Shown in pieces: positions 1 through 13,369 of a DNA stretch of 64,000 bases; the first letter of the stretch is position 1, and the number at the start of each line of letters is the position of its first letter. The notes beneath the pieces are model-generated. The model saw only the letters and a list, made by a program, of their open reading frames with translations, searched no databases and was not told the DNA's origin. The stretch spans positions 26,908,001 to 26,972,000 of the forward strand of contig OZ024747.1 in NCBI GenBank assembly GCA_964016885.1, read 5' to 3'. The stretch comes from Eledone cirrhosa. Taxonomy: Eukaryota. The position numbers and the translations under genes are program-made.

Positions 1-802
1 TGACACCACAATAGAATGCACCCAGTAAACTCTGTAAAGTGGTAGTGCTAATGCTACCATAAAATACATCCAGTACATTTTGTAAAGTGGTATGATAAAA
101 TGCACCCAATACACCCTGAAAAGTGATTGGTGTTAGGAAGGCATCCAGCTGTAGAAACCATGCCAAATATAGATCATATGAGCAAAATGAGGTTTCTCTG
201 ACTAATCTAATCTCAGGCTAGAATAACCTGTTGAACCCATGCTAGATGTAAAATGATGATAATGATGTTTGAGGAAATACAACAGACTTAGTCAACCCAT
301 CCTGTTTTTTTCTTAATTGTAGTTATTTCATTTCACTTTTTCTTTTTTAACCCTTTAACCATTAAGAAGTGCACCAGCTGTAGAGACAATGCCAAAATTG
401 AAACATTTAAGCAAGATGTTCCCCCAACCCAGCCTATCTATGAGGATAGTGGCTCAGATTATGTACTGACTAAGTCTGTAACAACCCGTCCAACCCATGC
501 CAGCATGGAAAAGCGTTCATAAATTTATTGTTGTTGTTGTTAGGTCAGTGAATTGGCAGAATCGTTAGAGCATCAGGCAAAATGCATTGCAGTATTTATT
601 TTAGTTCTTTACATTTTAAGTTTAAATCCTGCTAAGGTCAACTTTGCTTGTGGAGTCTATAAAATAAAATACCAGTCAAGTACTGGAGTTAATTTAATCA
701 ACATTAATCTACCATCCCTTCAAAAATTGCTGTCCTTTTGCCTAAATTAGAAACCATTATTATTATTATTTATCATTATTATTATTATTATCATTATTAA
801 TA

Positions 803-990
803 GGGCGGTGAATTGGCAGTATCAGTAGAGGGTTGGACGCCATGCTTTCTAGCATAGTTACGTCCCTTTACAGTCTGAGTTCAAATCCCGTCGAGGTTAA
901 CTTTGCCTTTCATCCTTATGGGGTCGATAAAATAAAGTACCAGTAATGTACTGGGTAATTGCTGGCCTTGTGCCAAAAGTAGAAACAATT
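803..990 (+). mobile_element. tRNA-derived SINE, abundant family (representative copy)
   Basis: GGGCGGTGAATTGGCAGTATC (A-box-like), GAGTTCAAATCCC (B-box), central GCCTTTCATCCTTACGGGGTCGATAAAATAAAGTACCAG, (ATT)n tail. Related copies or fragments at ~543-760, 2410-2600, 2825-3010, 4130-4275, 11570-11700, 12430-12622, 32123-32301, 39770-39945, 50258-50490 (+) and 6170-6290, 33400-33510, 36905-37025, 38190-38290 (-). Confidence 0.85.
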
Positions 991-1027
991 ATTATCATTA
1001 TTAATATTCTATTTTCTGTCATACCAG

Positions 1028-4000
1028 GTTTTCTCCACACTCTTCTACTGTATTTTCTCTGGGAGGTGCAGTAGCTGGATAGTTAGTATCATCATATGTC
1101 TAGGTTACCAGTGGTGTTTATATTGTGGTCTGGAGAACTATATCATCCATGGATGGGATGGACATGGAAGCAGGAAAGGTCTGCTTGATGCCAATCGGGA
1201 AGGAATCTTCTCATTATTTGGTTATATTGTACTCTACTTTGCTGGTGTACAACTTGGACAGTTTTTCTTTGGAATAAGGTATTTATAATTATATATATAT
1301 ATAATGTTTTATCTCAGTTATATAAATATACTACTACGTGTATATAGTTATATTGTGTTTATAATTATATCCATAGCCTGCTCCCATCAGCTCTGCAGCC
1401 AGGACCAGGACTTTCAGACCCAGTTGCAACACATGGTTTCTCACTTCATCCAGCTTGGATATCCCTCCACCTTGATCCAAGCTCTGCTTACCCACACCCA
1501 TGAAACTTACTGTACCACAGTCCTCACAATCTATGACGCCCAAACACTTGCCTTCCTTTCCCTCTCACCTACCACCCCTTTATCCTACTCCTGCGGCCCC
1601 ATACCCTTCTTTGCTTCCAAACCATTGTTTCTGACTCTACCCATCCATCACTGCCTTTAAACGAGCCCATAATCTCCATGACCTTCTTGTATATAGTTCT
1701 GATTCTTCCTCCCCTAGGACTCCACCTGGATCCCATCCCTGCTCTTGCCCCTGCTGTAATACCTGTCCCTACCAAACAAAGGGGGGATAGAATTCTTCAG
1801 TTGTATCAAAGACATGACAACTTCCTCATTGCTAGTGCCATAATAAAATGCACTCAATAGAGCAAGATGCAGGCCCTCAGTCTTTTTGAGCACTTGGTAG
1901 AGTGCAGGATATGTAAGATGCAGACCCCCAGCGCATCTGAGAAGCCAGTACTCACTTGGTCTATGACAACCTATCCAACACTTGCCAGCAGGGAAAACAG
2001 CCAATAAAGGATGATGATGATCGCCTGACCTGGAATACACTGTATGACTGATTAAAATTTAATAGTGAATGTCTCTTTTAACAGGAATACACTGTATGGT
2101 TGATTAAAAATGACTGGGGAATGTCTCATTTAACTTGAAAACACTGTATGATTGGTTAAATATTAATGGTGAATGTTTTCTTTAACAGGAATACACTGTA
2201 TGACTGGTTAAAATGTCTACAAAGGCTCACAGGATTCTCAATAGTCTGTTGGCTTCTACTACGACTTTGTCGACATGTCATTGGACCAGTATCACGACGT
2301 TTGGTCAATCTACCATATATTGTATGGATGGTAAGTATATTATATTGTCTCATATATTATATCATATTTTATATTATATATTATTATATTATATTATTAT
2401 ATTATATCAGGGGCGGTGAATTGGCAGTATCGGTAGAGAGTCGGACGCCATGCTTTGCAGCATAGTTACGTCTCCTTACGGTCTGAGTTCAAATCCCGCC
2501 GAGGTTAACTTTGCCTTTCATCTTTACGGGGTCGATAAAATAAAGTACCAGTAATGTACTGGCTAATTGCTGGTCTTGTGCCAAAAGTAGAAACAATTAT
2601 TATATTATATTATATCATATTATATGATATATCATATTATATCATATTATACCAGTGTATTACCTTGCAGGGTCAATAAAATAAAATACCAGTAATACAC
2701 TGGGATAGTTGCTGGCCTTGTGCCAAAAATAGAAACAATTATATTATACCATATATTATATTATATCATATGTTATATTATATTATATTATATTATATTA
2801 TATTATATTATATTATATTAGTAGATTGGCAATATCGGTAGAGAGTCGGACGCCATGCTTTGCAGCATAGAGTTGCGTCCCTTTACGTTCTGAGTTCAAA
2901 TCCCGCCAAGGTAACTTTGCCTTTCATACTTACGGGGTTGATAAAATAAAGTACCAGTAATGTACTGGGTAATTGCTGGCTAGCCTTGTGCCAAAAGTAG
3001 AAACAATTATATTATATTATACCTTTTGTATTCACAAATCATTGTATCTCTCATGTAATCCAAATAGGCACAGCATATAATCCTTCATCCATCACTTGGT
3101 TTAACCCTTTTGATACCAAACGACCCCAAACTACCCGTGATTCCATGATACAGACCTCATTATATATATGTGTGTCTGTGTCTGTCTGTAGATAGCCTTC
3201 ACTATATCATCATCATCATTGAACATGCATTTTCCCTGCTAGCAAAGGTTGGATGGATCAGTCAGTGCTCAAGTGAAGCTATTGACCGCTCAGATAGGCC
3301 GGGGACCTGAATTTTGCTGACATATGTCCCTGTATACTCCTGAGTGCTCAAACAAACCGGGGGCCCACATCTTGCTTACATATATTCCCATGCTCTACAT
3401 ACTGCATTTTATCATGGCACCAGCAGTAGGGAGATTGACAGGATTCAGGTAATCTCTGATAGAATGAGAGAGGGGTGGGGATGACCAGTGATGATGAGAA
3501 TAGCTATTAAGGTGTAATAGTGGCGGCAGGCATAAACAGGCCAAGTCACACCATTAATGCTAGTAGGTTTTCTCCAGTACTACATGTCACCAATCCTTGT
3601 GTTTGTCATCTCTGCATGATGTTCAATTTCCTAAAGTCAGTCTTCATTATATCCCATGTCTTCCTCGGTCTAGGAAGATGAGCTCTCTCTGACCTGTCTA
3701 GTATCAGACTGTGACAACCCATTCAACTCATGCTGTCATGGGTTGGACAGGTTGTCCGGGTCTGTGACTAGACAGGTCTGCAAGACCTCATCCTGTTCAT
3801 ACATTCCATATTTGGCATGGTTTCTACAGCTGGATGCCCTTCCTAATGCCAACTACCTTGTTCTATATTGGGTGTATGTTACCATGGCATTAGCACCACC
3901 ACATTACAAAATGTATTAGGTGTATTTATTGTGGTCTCTGTTTCTCTGTCTGTAGGTGGCCCTCACTACTCAAGAATTAACTATTTTACTTGCTGTCGAG

Positions 4001-5655
4001 CTAACTATTTCACTATTGACTTCCTATGAAAAACAGTTTAAAACAAAAAGTAAGTTGATCAGTTTATGTCTAATATTTTGTTTTGGTTGTTGTGGCTGCT
4101 GTCTTAATGTTTCTCTATGTTTATGTTATGGGCAATGAATTGGCAGAGCCATTAGAATATCAGATAGAATGCTTTGTAGTATTTGAGCTCTAGGTTCAAA
4201 TCCCGCCAAAATCAACTTTGCCTTTCATCCTGCCAAGGTCGATAAATAGAGTACCAATCTAGTACTGGGGTTGATTCTTCCTCTGTACCTCTATCTCATT
4301 TTTTTCTCTCACTCTCTCTCTTTCTCTGGAAGAAATTGGCTGTGTTTAGACCTGGAGAGGAGATGAGCTCCACCAGGTTTAAAAATTGCCCAAGAATTGT
4401 TGTACGTCCCTACAACTTCACCAGTGGCTTCAAATAAACCTGCACAGCGACAGAAGACATAAATACAGTGAGTTCAATGCAAGTGACTGTCTTATTATTC
4501 CAGGAGGTTGGGGATCACATCATATTCAATAGATTCCATACAATCTACTTGGTTTATACATTTTAGTGAATTTGTAAAGTAAATGGACTTCTGTTAGTTT
4601 CAGTGACGAGTGTTCCAATTGTTCAGTCGACTGAAAGCCTGCTTATGAAATTGATGTACAAGTGGCCGAGCATTCTATGGACCCAGGTACCCTTAATACA
4701 ATTCTCAGGAAGATTCAGCATAATACTGTGTGTAACAAAGCTGGCCCTTTGAATTACAGGTACAGTTCATCCAATAGGCTTTCAAACAGTTTCTGTCTAC
4801 CTAATTCACTCACAAGGTTCTACATCCTGCTTGACACATAACATTGTTATAGCAATATTCCTCTGTAAACAAAATCACCTATTGATAAGGAGACAAAAAT
4901 CTACAAAATGCATAAAGATAATTTCTTATATTTTTCTGTGTACAGAGTAATAGTGGAAAGTGTTTACACTTCATTCTTTTAACAGCAAAGGTTTCTAATT
5001 AAAAAACTTTAGTTATTGAGAAGAAAGCAGAGCTTGAATGAGCTGAGGGAGAAACTAGGTTTAAGGGGAATCCAAAGTGGTGTGCAGGAGAGAAGACTTG
5101 GTTGACATGGACATGTGGTACACATGGATGATGATCGCTGAGTGAAGAAGTGCCAAGAAATCTCAGTGAAGGAAGCCACAGTAGAGGTAGACCAAAAAAG
5201 ACCTGGGCAGAGGGGGTGAGATCTGACCTCAAAATGGTAAGACTCACAGAGGAGATGATGAAAGAAATGCAGTGAGTGGAGAGATGCTGTGCTGAGAAGG
5301 ACTTGTCCAACCCATGCAAGCATGGAAAAACAGATGTAATAATTATGATGATGATGATGATTTGATACTTGTTGATTGTTGTTGTTTTTTTATAGGTCAA
5401 GAGAAAAGTAAGTCTGCTGATACCAACACTACTGCTCTCCCTTCTTCCAAACTGTGTCTCATTGATGCCATCAACTATAATGGTTTGCTATTTTTCCTAG
5501 TCAGTAACCTGCTAACTGGAGCTGTCAATTGCACCATCAAAACTCTCTATACCCAATCTATGCAAGCAATAATTATCCTTGCTGTATATATGTTTGTTTC
5601 CTCTATCCCAATGGTTATACTACGCTACTATAACATAGCACTGAAATTTTGGTAA
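1028..5655 (+). CDS. PIGW: GPI inositol acyltransferase PIG-W/GWT1, 3' part (5' exons not found in window)
   Basis: Exons 1028-1278, 2189-2330, 3956-4049, 5396-5655 with GT-AG sites and matching phases (2,0,1). Translation has GLLDANREGIFSLFGY, PVSRRLVNLPYIVWM and C-terminal AINYNGLLFFLVSNLLTGAVN...ALKFW*, typical of PIG-W/Gwt1. Confidence 0.93.
1370..1770 (+). mobile_element. Degenerate Penelope-like element fragment (RT C-terminal region) in PIGW intron
   Basis: Translation ACSHQLCSQDQDFQTQLQHMVSHFIQLGYPSTLIQ resembles the RICS...F..RGYP motif of Penelope RT C-termini; reading frame is broken downstream. Confidence 0.6.
2030..2215 (+). repeat. ~52-bp tandem repeat overlapping the PIGW exon acceptor
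   Basis: Four units of GGAATACACTGTATGACTG(G/A)TTAAA...GAATGT.T.TTTAACA; the last unit is the real acceptor and exon start at 2189. Confidence 0.85.
5000..5360 (+). mobile_element. RTE LINE 3' fragment
   Basis: Matches the 3' end of the RTE at 53040-53372 (W.GHV..M, GRPKKTW, AACCCATGCAAGCATGGAAAA, (TGA)n tail). Similar fragments at ~10780-11045 (+), 8180-8460 (-) and 56350-56800 (-). Confidence 0.8.
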
Positions 5656-5749
5656 TAAATCTCTCAATCTTAGCTTTTTATGTCTTTTGTGATGTCTTAT
5701 TTCTCAGTTGTTTTGTTAATGTTATATTTGCTTTTCACCCAACCAAACT

Positions 5750-6160
5750 TCTTCCATCATCACAACATACCTATCACCATCAATACATACTGTCTTCACA
5801 ACATACCTACTGTCATCACAACATACCTACCATCTTCACAACATACTTACCATCATCACAACATGCCATCTTCACTATATACCTACCATCTTCACAACAT
5901 ATCTGCTGTCATCACAATATACCTACCATCTTCATAACATACTTAATGTCATCACAACATACCATCTTCACAATATACCTGCTGTCATCACAATATACCT
6001 ACAATCTTCACAATTTACCTACATCTTCACAATATACCTGCTGTCATCACAATATACCTACAATCTTCACAACATACTTACAATCTTCACAACTTACCTA
6101 CATCTTCACAATATACCTGCCATCATCACAATTTATTTACTGTCATCGTAACATACCTAC
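5750..6160 (+). repeat. Minisatellite (~22-bp units) downstream of the PIGW stop
   Basis: Tandem CATC(A/T)TCACAA(C/T)ATACCTAC-type units. Confidence 0.9.
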
Positions 6161-6926
6161 CTCACTTATCAACGCCAATAGGATGAAAAGCAAAGTCTAC
6201 CTCAGTCAAATTCGAACTCAGAACACAGAGAGTTGGAACAGATATTACAAAGCATTGAATGTAATGCTTTAATAACTCTGCCATATCACCACCTTTAAAA
6301 TAAAACTTATGGTGTGTTTTACATTTATTTACTCATAGTAGTGGTAGAGGGGGCCTCTGGTTAGCAGTGTTAATGGCGGTGGTGGTGGTATTGTTGGTGG
6401 AGGCATTGTTGTTGATGTTAGTGGTGATAGTGGTTGTAGTAGAGGGGTGGTAGTGATATTAGCTATAGTAGTCATGGGGGTGGCCATCGTGATGGTGGTA
6501 ATGATAGTAGTAGTGGTGTTGGCGGTGGTGGTAATAGTCATAGTAGGGGTGGTGCAGTGATATTATTCCTTTATTATCTCCATCACCACCACTATCATCA
6601 CCAACAACAACAAGCAGCTACTAAACTAACCAGTAATTAACTGTTAAATAACTTGTGCTGTACTAATTATCTCACCCTGCCCTACCTACCATACTCTCTT
6701 TCTCTCTCCTCCTCCCTCTATCTTTCCTCCCTTACTCAGTTACTTTCCTTGTCTTTCTCTCTCTACCCTCTCATCCATATACTGGCTACTTAACAGTCCT
6801 GTCTTAAACATACTAGTTTGTACACACACATACACACATACACAAGTGTATATACATACATATATACATATCATCATCAATTAATGTCCTGTTTCCCTGC
6901 TAGCAATGGTTGGACACACACACATG

Positions 6927-7005
<79 letters not shown>

Positions 7006-8606
7006 GCATATATACTACCGACACTATATAAATACATCAAACTATGTAAGGAGAACAATTAGTTGAATAGGAGGAATGCCTATATGTGTATGAAAATATG
7101 TGTGTGTGTGTATGCATGTGTCTGTGTGTGTATCTGTATATGTATGTGTGTGTTATATGCACTGTTAAAATATAAATACATATATATACATAAATAAACA
7201 CACACATATATACATATATAAGCTGAAAAACAAAACAATTTCCTTTAACTAGAATACCATTACACAAACACAAAGGCAGGCTCCTCTATAAGTAAACTAC
7301 ATCCATACACATGCATACATAGGTTCCGCTCTAAGTCAATTCCACGCACACTCATATACACACACAGGCACATGTATGTATATTTCTCAATCTCTACCAC
7401 ACTTATTGGCTACTTAACCCCTCTATCAACCCTCAAAATATTTTGACTATGGTGGTGATATATATTTTATCAACAAAACCAGGTAAATAATTCTCGTTTC
7501 TATTTCTTTTTCTCTCATTCATATATATATACCAAAATCACAAAGACCTATTTGTAAATAGTTGAAAGACCAATCATTCTCTCTTGTGTCCATTTGTTAC
7601 TGTCCTATCTGCACTGGTGCTAGTGATATCAACCTTAAATAACCAAAACCACAAGGACCTCCAGAGGCCGACTGATGAGAAGTGACTGCCCTGTGTTTCA
7701 TCCATTTTTCTGTTGTCTTCGCCCCCTTTTTTAAAAATTAATTATATATATGTATAGTCACAATCAATTTTAATGTGTTTTATCATGTTTTAAACATTAA
7801 CTATTTTACAAAAATAAGCAATTGGTTACATGCATGACTAAAAATTAAAATGAATGGACTTCCACCAGTTTCAACGATGAGCATCCAGTTGTTCAATTAA
7901 TGGTATGACCTACTCATTGAATTAACATGCAAAGTCTTTGACAGATCATATGCCCTTAACATAATTCTCACGTGGAAGCAACATAACACAGCATGAGTCA
8001 GCTGAGCCTTTAGATTACAGGAACAGTCCATCTGATGGGCTTATAAAGAGTTTCTGCCTACCTAATTTCGATTCAACTTGAAGCTGTGTTAGAAATCTTT
8101 CTGCCACTTTCATAACTTAGTTTTATTAGTTTTATTCTTGTATAGTTGCTCCTTTGTAGAGCATCACCCTTTTCCTTATTGTAATTAATGAGTGTACTGC
8201 TGTGCCAATCATTGGGTATGACAAAGTCCTATATCACCTGACTGACTAGTTCAGGTCCTACATACTCCTGGCTTTTAGCATCTCTAATGGTCCTGCAGTT
8301 TTACCATTCCTCATCTCCTTTATTGCTTCTTTGACCCTATAACTGTCAATTTTGATGGCTGGTCTCTTTGTTAGGTCGGCAGGGGGTAGTCACCCATCCT
8401 CCCATTCATCAGCCCCTCATAGTAACATTTCCAAGCCTCTTTCTTTTGAGCATCAGGATGAAATTTTGTAAACACTGCAAGCGAATCACTAAGATTTTAT
8501 TAAACTATTCTTGGTGAAGGCTTATTTACATATAGTGCAAGCTTGACCAGCTACTATTAATTGGTAGTACCACTAACACTGACTCTGAATAAGGGTATAT
8601 TTATAT

Positions 8607-8857
8607 CAGGGGAGGTGGAAGCATTTCTGAATGGGAGGGGGGGGGGTGCAAATTTGGTGAATTTAGTTGTAGTGATTAGTTTAGCTGCTACTATCAAATA
8701 TCAACCAGGATATAAAAATCTTCAATGTGCGATAAACATAACATGCACATAAATTGTAGCGCATATACAAATAGATGTGTGTTTTGGTAGTTTGGGGAGA
8801 AAAATATAATTATTGAAGGGAGTAGGGGCTTGAACCCCCCCAGTTCCACCGCTCCTG
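8607..8857. mobile_element. Putative MITE
   Basis: Imperfect terminal inverted repeats CAGGGGAGGTGGAA / TTCCACCGCTCCTG in TA-rich flanks; no coding capacity. Confidence 0.5.
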
Positions 8858-8970
8858 TATATATCCATATATGACTGGTGTATATATCAAATCAAAAACA
8901 ACAAATATAGAAACAATGTTCATACAATATATTTTACATAAATCATAAACCAATATATATATATATATAT

Positions 8971-9128
8971 AGGAAAATAGTCAGGACCCCGACGGCTGAG
9001 CTCCAACCATTTCAACAGCTAGATCCAAACTTCGGATATAGCTGTTGAAACGGCCGTTCTACTACCCTACGTTTTGAGTATTCTAGTACGTTATGGTCCA
9101 CCTGGTATCTTACCACACTCTCTTTGTT
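8971..9128 (+). mobile_element. Short fold-back element in (TA)n, family A (Penelope-like terminus)
   Basis: Flanked by (TA)n; hairpin TTTCAACAGCTA...TAGCTGTTGAAA plus a single-copy tail; homologous to 42989-43183 in the opposite orientation. Confidence 0.7.
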
Positions 9129-9177
9129 ATATATATATATCATCATCATAATTGTTTAACGTCCATTTTCCCCACTA

Positions 9178-9210
<33 letters not shown>

Positions 9211-9216
<6 letters not shown>

Positions 9217-9480
9217 TGTAATAAACAACATAAGGTAATTATTTCATTTACCAGTGGTTTCTTGAAAGCAAATAAATTTTGCTTTCAATCATCAAAATGA
9301 AAAAATCCTGGTGTATTTATTGTATTGGATTTTTAAAAAAATGTCAAAATTTGTTTGCTTTCAAGAAACCACTGGTAAATGAAATAATTACCTTATGTTG
9401 TTTATTACATAACTATTAAGCTCTGTAACCTACATAGAGCACTCTTTTTTCCTGGACCTTTCCGACGGAATTACTTCATT
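9211..9480 (+). mobile_element. Fold-back element in (TA)n with hammerhead motif, family B
   Basis: ~70-bp near-perfect inverted arms 9211-9281 / 9345-9415, a ~65-bp tail and (TA)n on both sides. Confidence 0.8.
9242..9302 (-). ncRNA. Type I hammerhead ribozyme fold (C3U variant)
   Basis: Minus strand reads UUUCAUU-UUGAUGA-UUGAAAGCAAA(auuua)UUUGCUUUCAA-GAAA-CC(acu)GG-UA-AAUGAAA: helix I 7 bp, helix II 11 bp, helix III 3 bp, GUA cleavage triplet. Confidence 0.75.
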
Positions 9481-9707
9481 TATATATATATATAAATATA
9501 TATATATTCCGAAGAGATTGTTTTGGTAAAAACGGGAGCAAGCAGGAGAAAACTCTCAACAATCACAGTTTTTAATTACGATGGAGATATTTATAAAAAT
9601 AACAAAATAAGATGCTGAGGTTAATCATAATTACTAGCAGAAAAACAAATAGTACAGTACATGGAAGAAATATATTAGTTTAATGCTTGAAATAGCAGGA
9701 AGAGAGA

Positions 9708-9741
9708 CTTAACGTTTCGAACACTAGTACTTCGTCAGAAG
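9708..9741 (-). ncRNA. Minimal hammerhead motif in a Penelope-like terminal fragment (~9505-9790)
   Basis: Minus strand CUU-CUGACGA-AGUACUAGUGUUC-GAAA-CG-UU-AAG; palindromic AACGUU at helix III as in dimer-type minimal hammerheads. Confidence 0.6.
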
Positions 9742-10299
9742 ATAGAGTTATCAATAGAAAGTAAATAGAAAGTAAAGAGTGATGAGAGGAAGGCATGAGA
9801 AAAAAATTGCAGAAAAAAAAAAAGCATATTTGTGTGTCTGTGTGTCCAACTCCTCTAACCCCTCCAACCCAGTACTTAGCTGATATTTTCTTACAATTGG
9901 TTCAATCATACCTTATGTAATTACATGTCTGAAGATGTTAAAAATACTCCAGCCATCTACACTGTTGTATTGGACCTCCATCAGTTCTGATGATGAGTGT
10001 TCCAGTTGTTCATACAATGGAACAGCCTGCTTATGAAATTGTGTGTGTGTGCATGTATGTTGGACCTTCATTGGTTCCAATGACAAGTCTTTCAGTTGGT
10101 CAAACAATGAAACAGCCTGCTCTTGAAATTATCCTGTAAGTAGCTGAACATTCTTTAGACACGTGCATGTTTAACATAGTTCTCAGGGAGATTCAGGGTA
10201 ACACAGCGTGTGACATAGTTAGCCCTCTGAATTACTGGTACAACTCAGCTGAGTGGACTAGATCTATATATCTCTTAGTTGGCCTTGAATGGGAGGCAG

Positions 10300-10740
10300 A
10301 GTGGAAATGCTTTGTTTAAAAAGGCCTGGACCTCGAGGTGCAGATGATTTTCCTGGACATGAATAGTAGCGACAGTTGTGCTTTCAGATTGGTGACTACC
10401 TATGCTCCAACTGGTATGAAACAGTTGGATTTCTTCAGGCATCTAGAAGCGTTTATTGGAACACCTTTCTCCTTAGTGTAAGCAGGGCACTAGATTAGCA
10501 TCTTGGACACACAAAATGACTATGTAGACATAACTAATAGAAGAAGGGAGTGCAAAGGCCTCAAAAACTTGATCTGACGATTCCAACTGTCTGGCAAGTA
10601 CCAATCAGATTTCCCTAATAAGTCAGTGTGGACATGGAACAATTGCAAAGGGTCATCAAGATCGTATTTATCAGGCTAGCAAATAGGGATAACATATTGT
10701 GTTTACAATTACAAAAGGCCACATACTCGGACCACAAATT
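10300..10740 (+). mobile_element. L1/Tx1-type LINE endonuclease fragment, decayed
   Basis: Translation LDLEVQMIFLDMNSSDSCAFRLVTTYAPTGMKQLDFFRHLEAF resembles the APE 'FRLV..YAP' segment; stops follow. Confidence 0.55.
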
Positions 10741-13369
10741 TGTGATCTGCTAGCATGGAAAAATGGATGTTAAACTGTGGTGATGAACTGCGTTGGTATG
10801 GACATATGATGCACATGGACAATGACTGATGGGTGAAAAAATACCAGGAAATTCCAGTGGGAGGAAGCTGCAGTAGAGGACGACCAAAAAGACCTGGAAG
10901 AGGTGAAAGCTGACCTCAAATTGCTAAGGCTAGAAGAGGAGATGATGAAGGACCGCGACCAGTGGAGAGATGCCGTGCTGAGAAGGACCCATCCACCCCA
11001 TGCAAGCATGGGAAAGCGGACATAAAAACGATGATGATGATGAATAAAAATTAATTCTGCAATCAACACCTGATGAAATTGCCTAAGTCTTGCATCATGA
11101 TCAGATGATAAAACTGGCCTTTTGAAATATGTATAGTTTTTGCGGAATTAAAAACTTTAAAGAAAATTACCAGTTTGGCCTTCTGTTTTTTTAATGAATA
11201 TTTAACTCTGTTCCTGCACCAGCCATTGGATATCACATTTATGATGAATGATTTGCATGATGTTGAGTGCTTTAATTTATTGCATCATCGTTTACTAACC
11301 GGAATCACCAGTTCTACCCATTGGTAAACAATATAACATAAGTGATATACATACATACATACATATATATATATTATAGATTTTATACACACATACATAT
11401 ATATACAAACACAAAAACACACACACACACACACATATATCTATACACATATAGACACACAGATATATAAATATAACTATATATATATGGAGGGAGAGAA
11501 TGAGAAAGAAAGGCAGATAGACAGACAGATGAATGCAGGTTCTTCAATAAACAGAAGAAATTACCCTTGCTGAGGTTAGCTTTGTCTTTCATACTTACGG
11601 GGTTGATAAAATAAAGTACCATTAATGCACTGGGGTCGATTTAATCAGCTTTCCCCCTCCTCCTTCAAATTGCTAGCCTTGTGCCAAATGCAGAAACAAT
11701 TATTTCAATAATGGGTGGAGCAGATGTCTGATGAATTGGGGCATTTTCCTACAAGAGGTGGTAATTATATAATTATGTTTTTTTATAATTAAACAACGTA
11801 TTGTTGCTAATAAGACTTGTTAGTTGATTTAACAAATTACTGTTATATTAGCATATATTATTGTCTGGGATAGCAGAGATGTCAAGGGTGACAGGGTAGT
11901 AGAGAAATAGTGTGAAGAATCCATTAGTTTATATCTTGTTCTGTCATTTTGACCAAGACACTCAACTATCAGCAGTCTACCTAGCTGTAAGTAGGAACCA
12001 CAGTGTGGTGTAGTTCACTGTACTGTTACCATGACCAACACAACTGTCAATAATCCGCTCTAACTGTAAGTTGGTACTGTAGATGAGAAGAGGTAAAGTG
12101 AGTTGAGACGTGACATGGAACCAGTCAGTTCTGAGAAGCTGAGACCATTGTAGTGGTGGTAGAAAAGACAATGAGTAAACAGCATGTCTGAGAGTCAGAT
12201 GCTGGAGTGTGTCTGTGAGTGACTTTATATCAAATAGTTAAGCAGTGTTTCTGCAGTCTAAGAGTTCTGAATGTTGGAAAACATTTTGAGATTTATTGCA
12301 AGATCAAGATTGTGTGATGTTCATGTTTTCTCCAGAATATTAAAAATAAAATCAATTGTGCTTGTTTTGTAAGTGACTTGATCAAGATCATGTGTTGAAA
12401 CTAAACCGATTACATTATTGAAGAGTCAAGGGGCGGTGAATTGGCAGTATCGGTAGAGGGTCGGACACCATGCTTTGACGCATAGAGTTACGGCCCTTGC
12501 CATTCTGAGTTCAAATCCCGCCGAGGTTAACTTTGCCTTTCATCCTTACGGGGTCGATAAAATAAAGTACCAGTAATGTACTGGGTAATTGCTGGCCTTG
12601 TGCCAATAGTAGAAACAATTATTGAAGAGTCATTTTAATCATTCAGAAAACATACAAATCTCTTAAATTCACTTATTAATTTATTTCCTGGAGTCAAAAT
12701 TTTCATTACACTGTATTTGATGGCGTTTCTATGATGTAATTTTTGATTTTTCAAAAATATATCCAACTTTTTATGGTTGAAATTAATTTGGTTTGTTAAT
12801 TCTAAATTTTTTTTTTTTCAGACTCTGAAACGGACATAATGTTTAAAGTGATTGCCAAATCTCCCTAATAGCTCCTTAATGTTTCTACATGATACAACAG
12901 AAGGTAAGAAGTGATGCAGTCCAGTATTAGTTCTTGAAGTACAGATTCTACCAAACAATTTGCTGACAGGCAGGATCGGAGTCTGGGTATTTATTAACCT
13001 AAGCTGGCTCTAAAATAAAATAATTTCAACTTTAAGTTTAGCAAACTGGCAAACCTAGTTTTTGACACTTCCTGCTCTGTCCACACTCAGAAAATTATTA
13101 AGCCTGCATTTTCCACTACACAGTCCACACTTACACATGCCAAATCATGTGACAGGTCATAAAACTATACAACTTTCTCTGAAGCTGCTGTGTGGCAGAG
13201 TTGTTTAGTGATTTATTTATTAATCACAGGAAATTATTATATATTTGATTTAATTATACAAATTTATATCAAACTGTGATCGTTTAATATTCAATATGTC
13301 TAACCTTTAAACTCTGCACTTTAAGCAGCTCCTAGTTGCACCAGCTAAGCTAACAGAATCTTCTATAAA

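Noticed and set aside
803-900. tRNA genes suggested by A/B-box motifs
   Set aside because: These are SINE heads continuing into a shared body and tail; no complete cloverleaf.
5649-6272. 207-aa ORF after PIGW
   Set aside because: Open frame through a 22-bp minisatellite and a SINE fragment.
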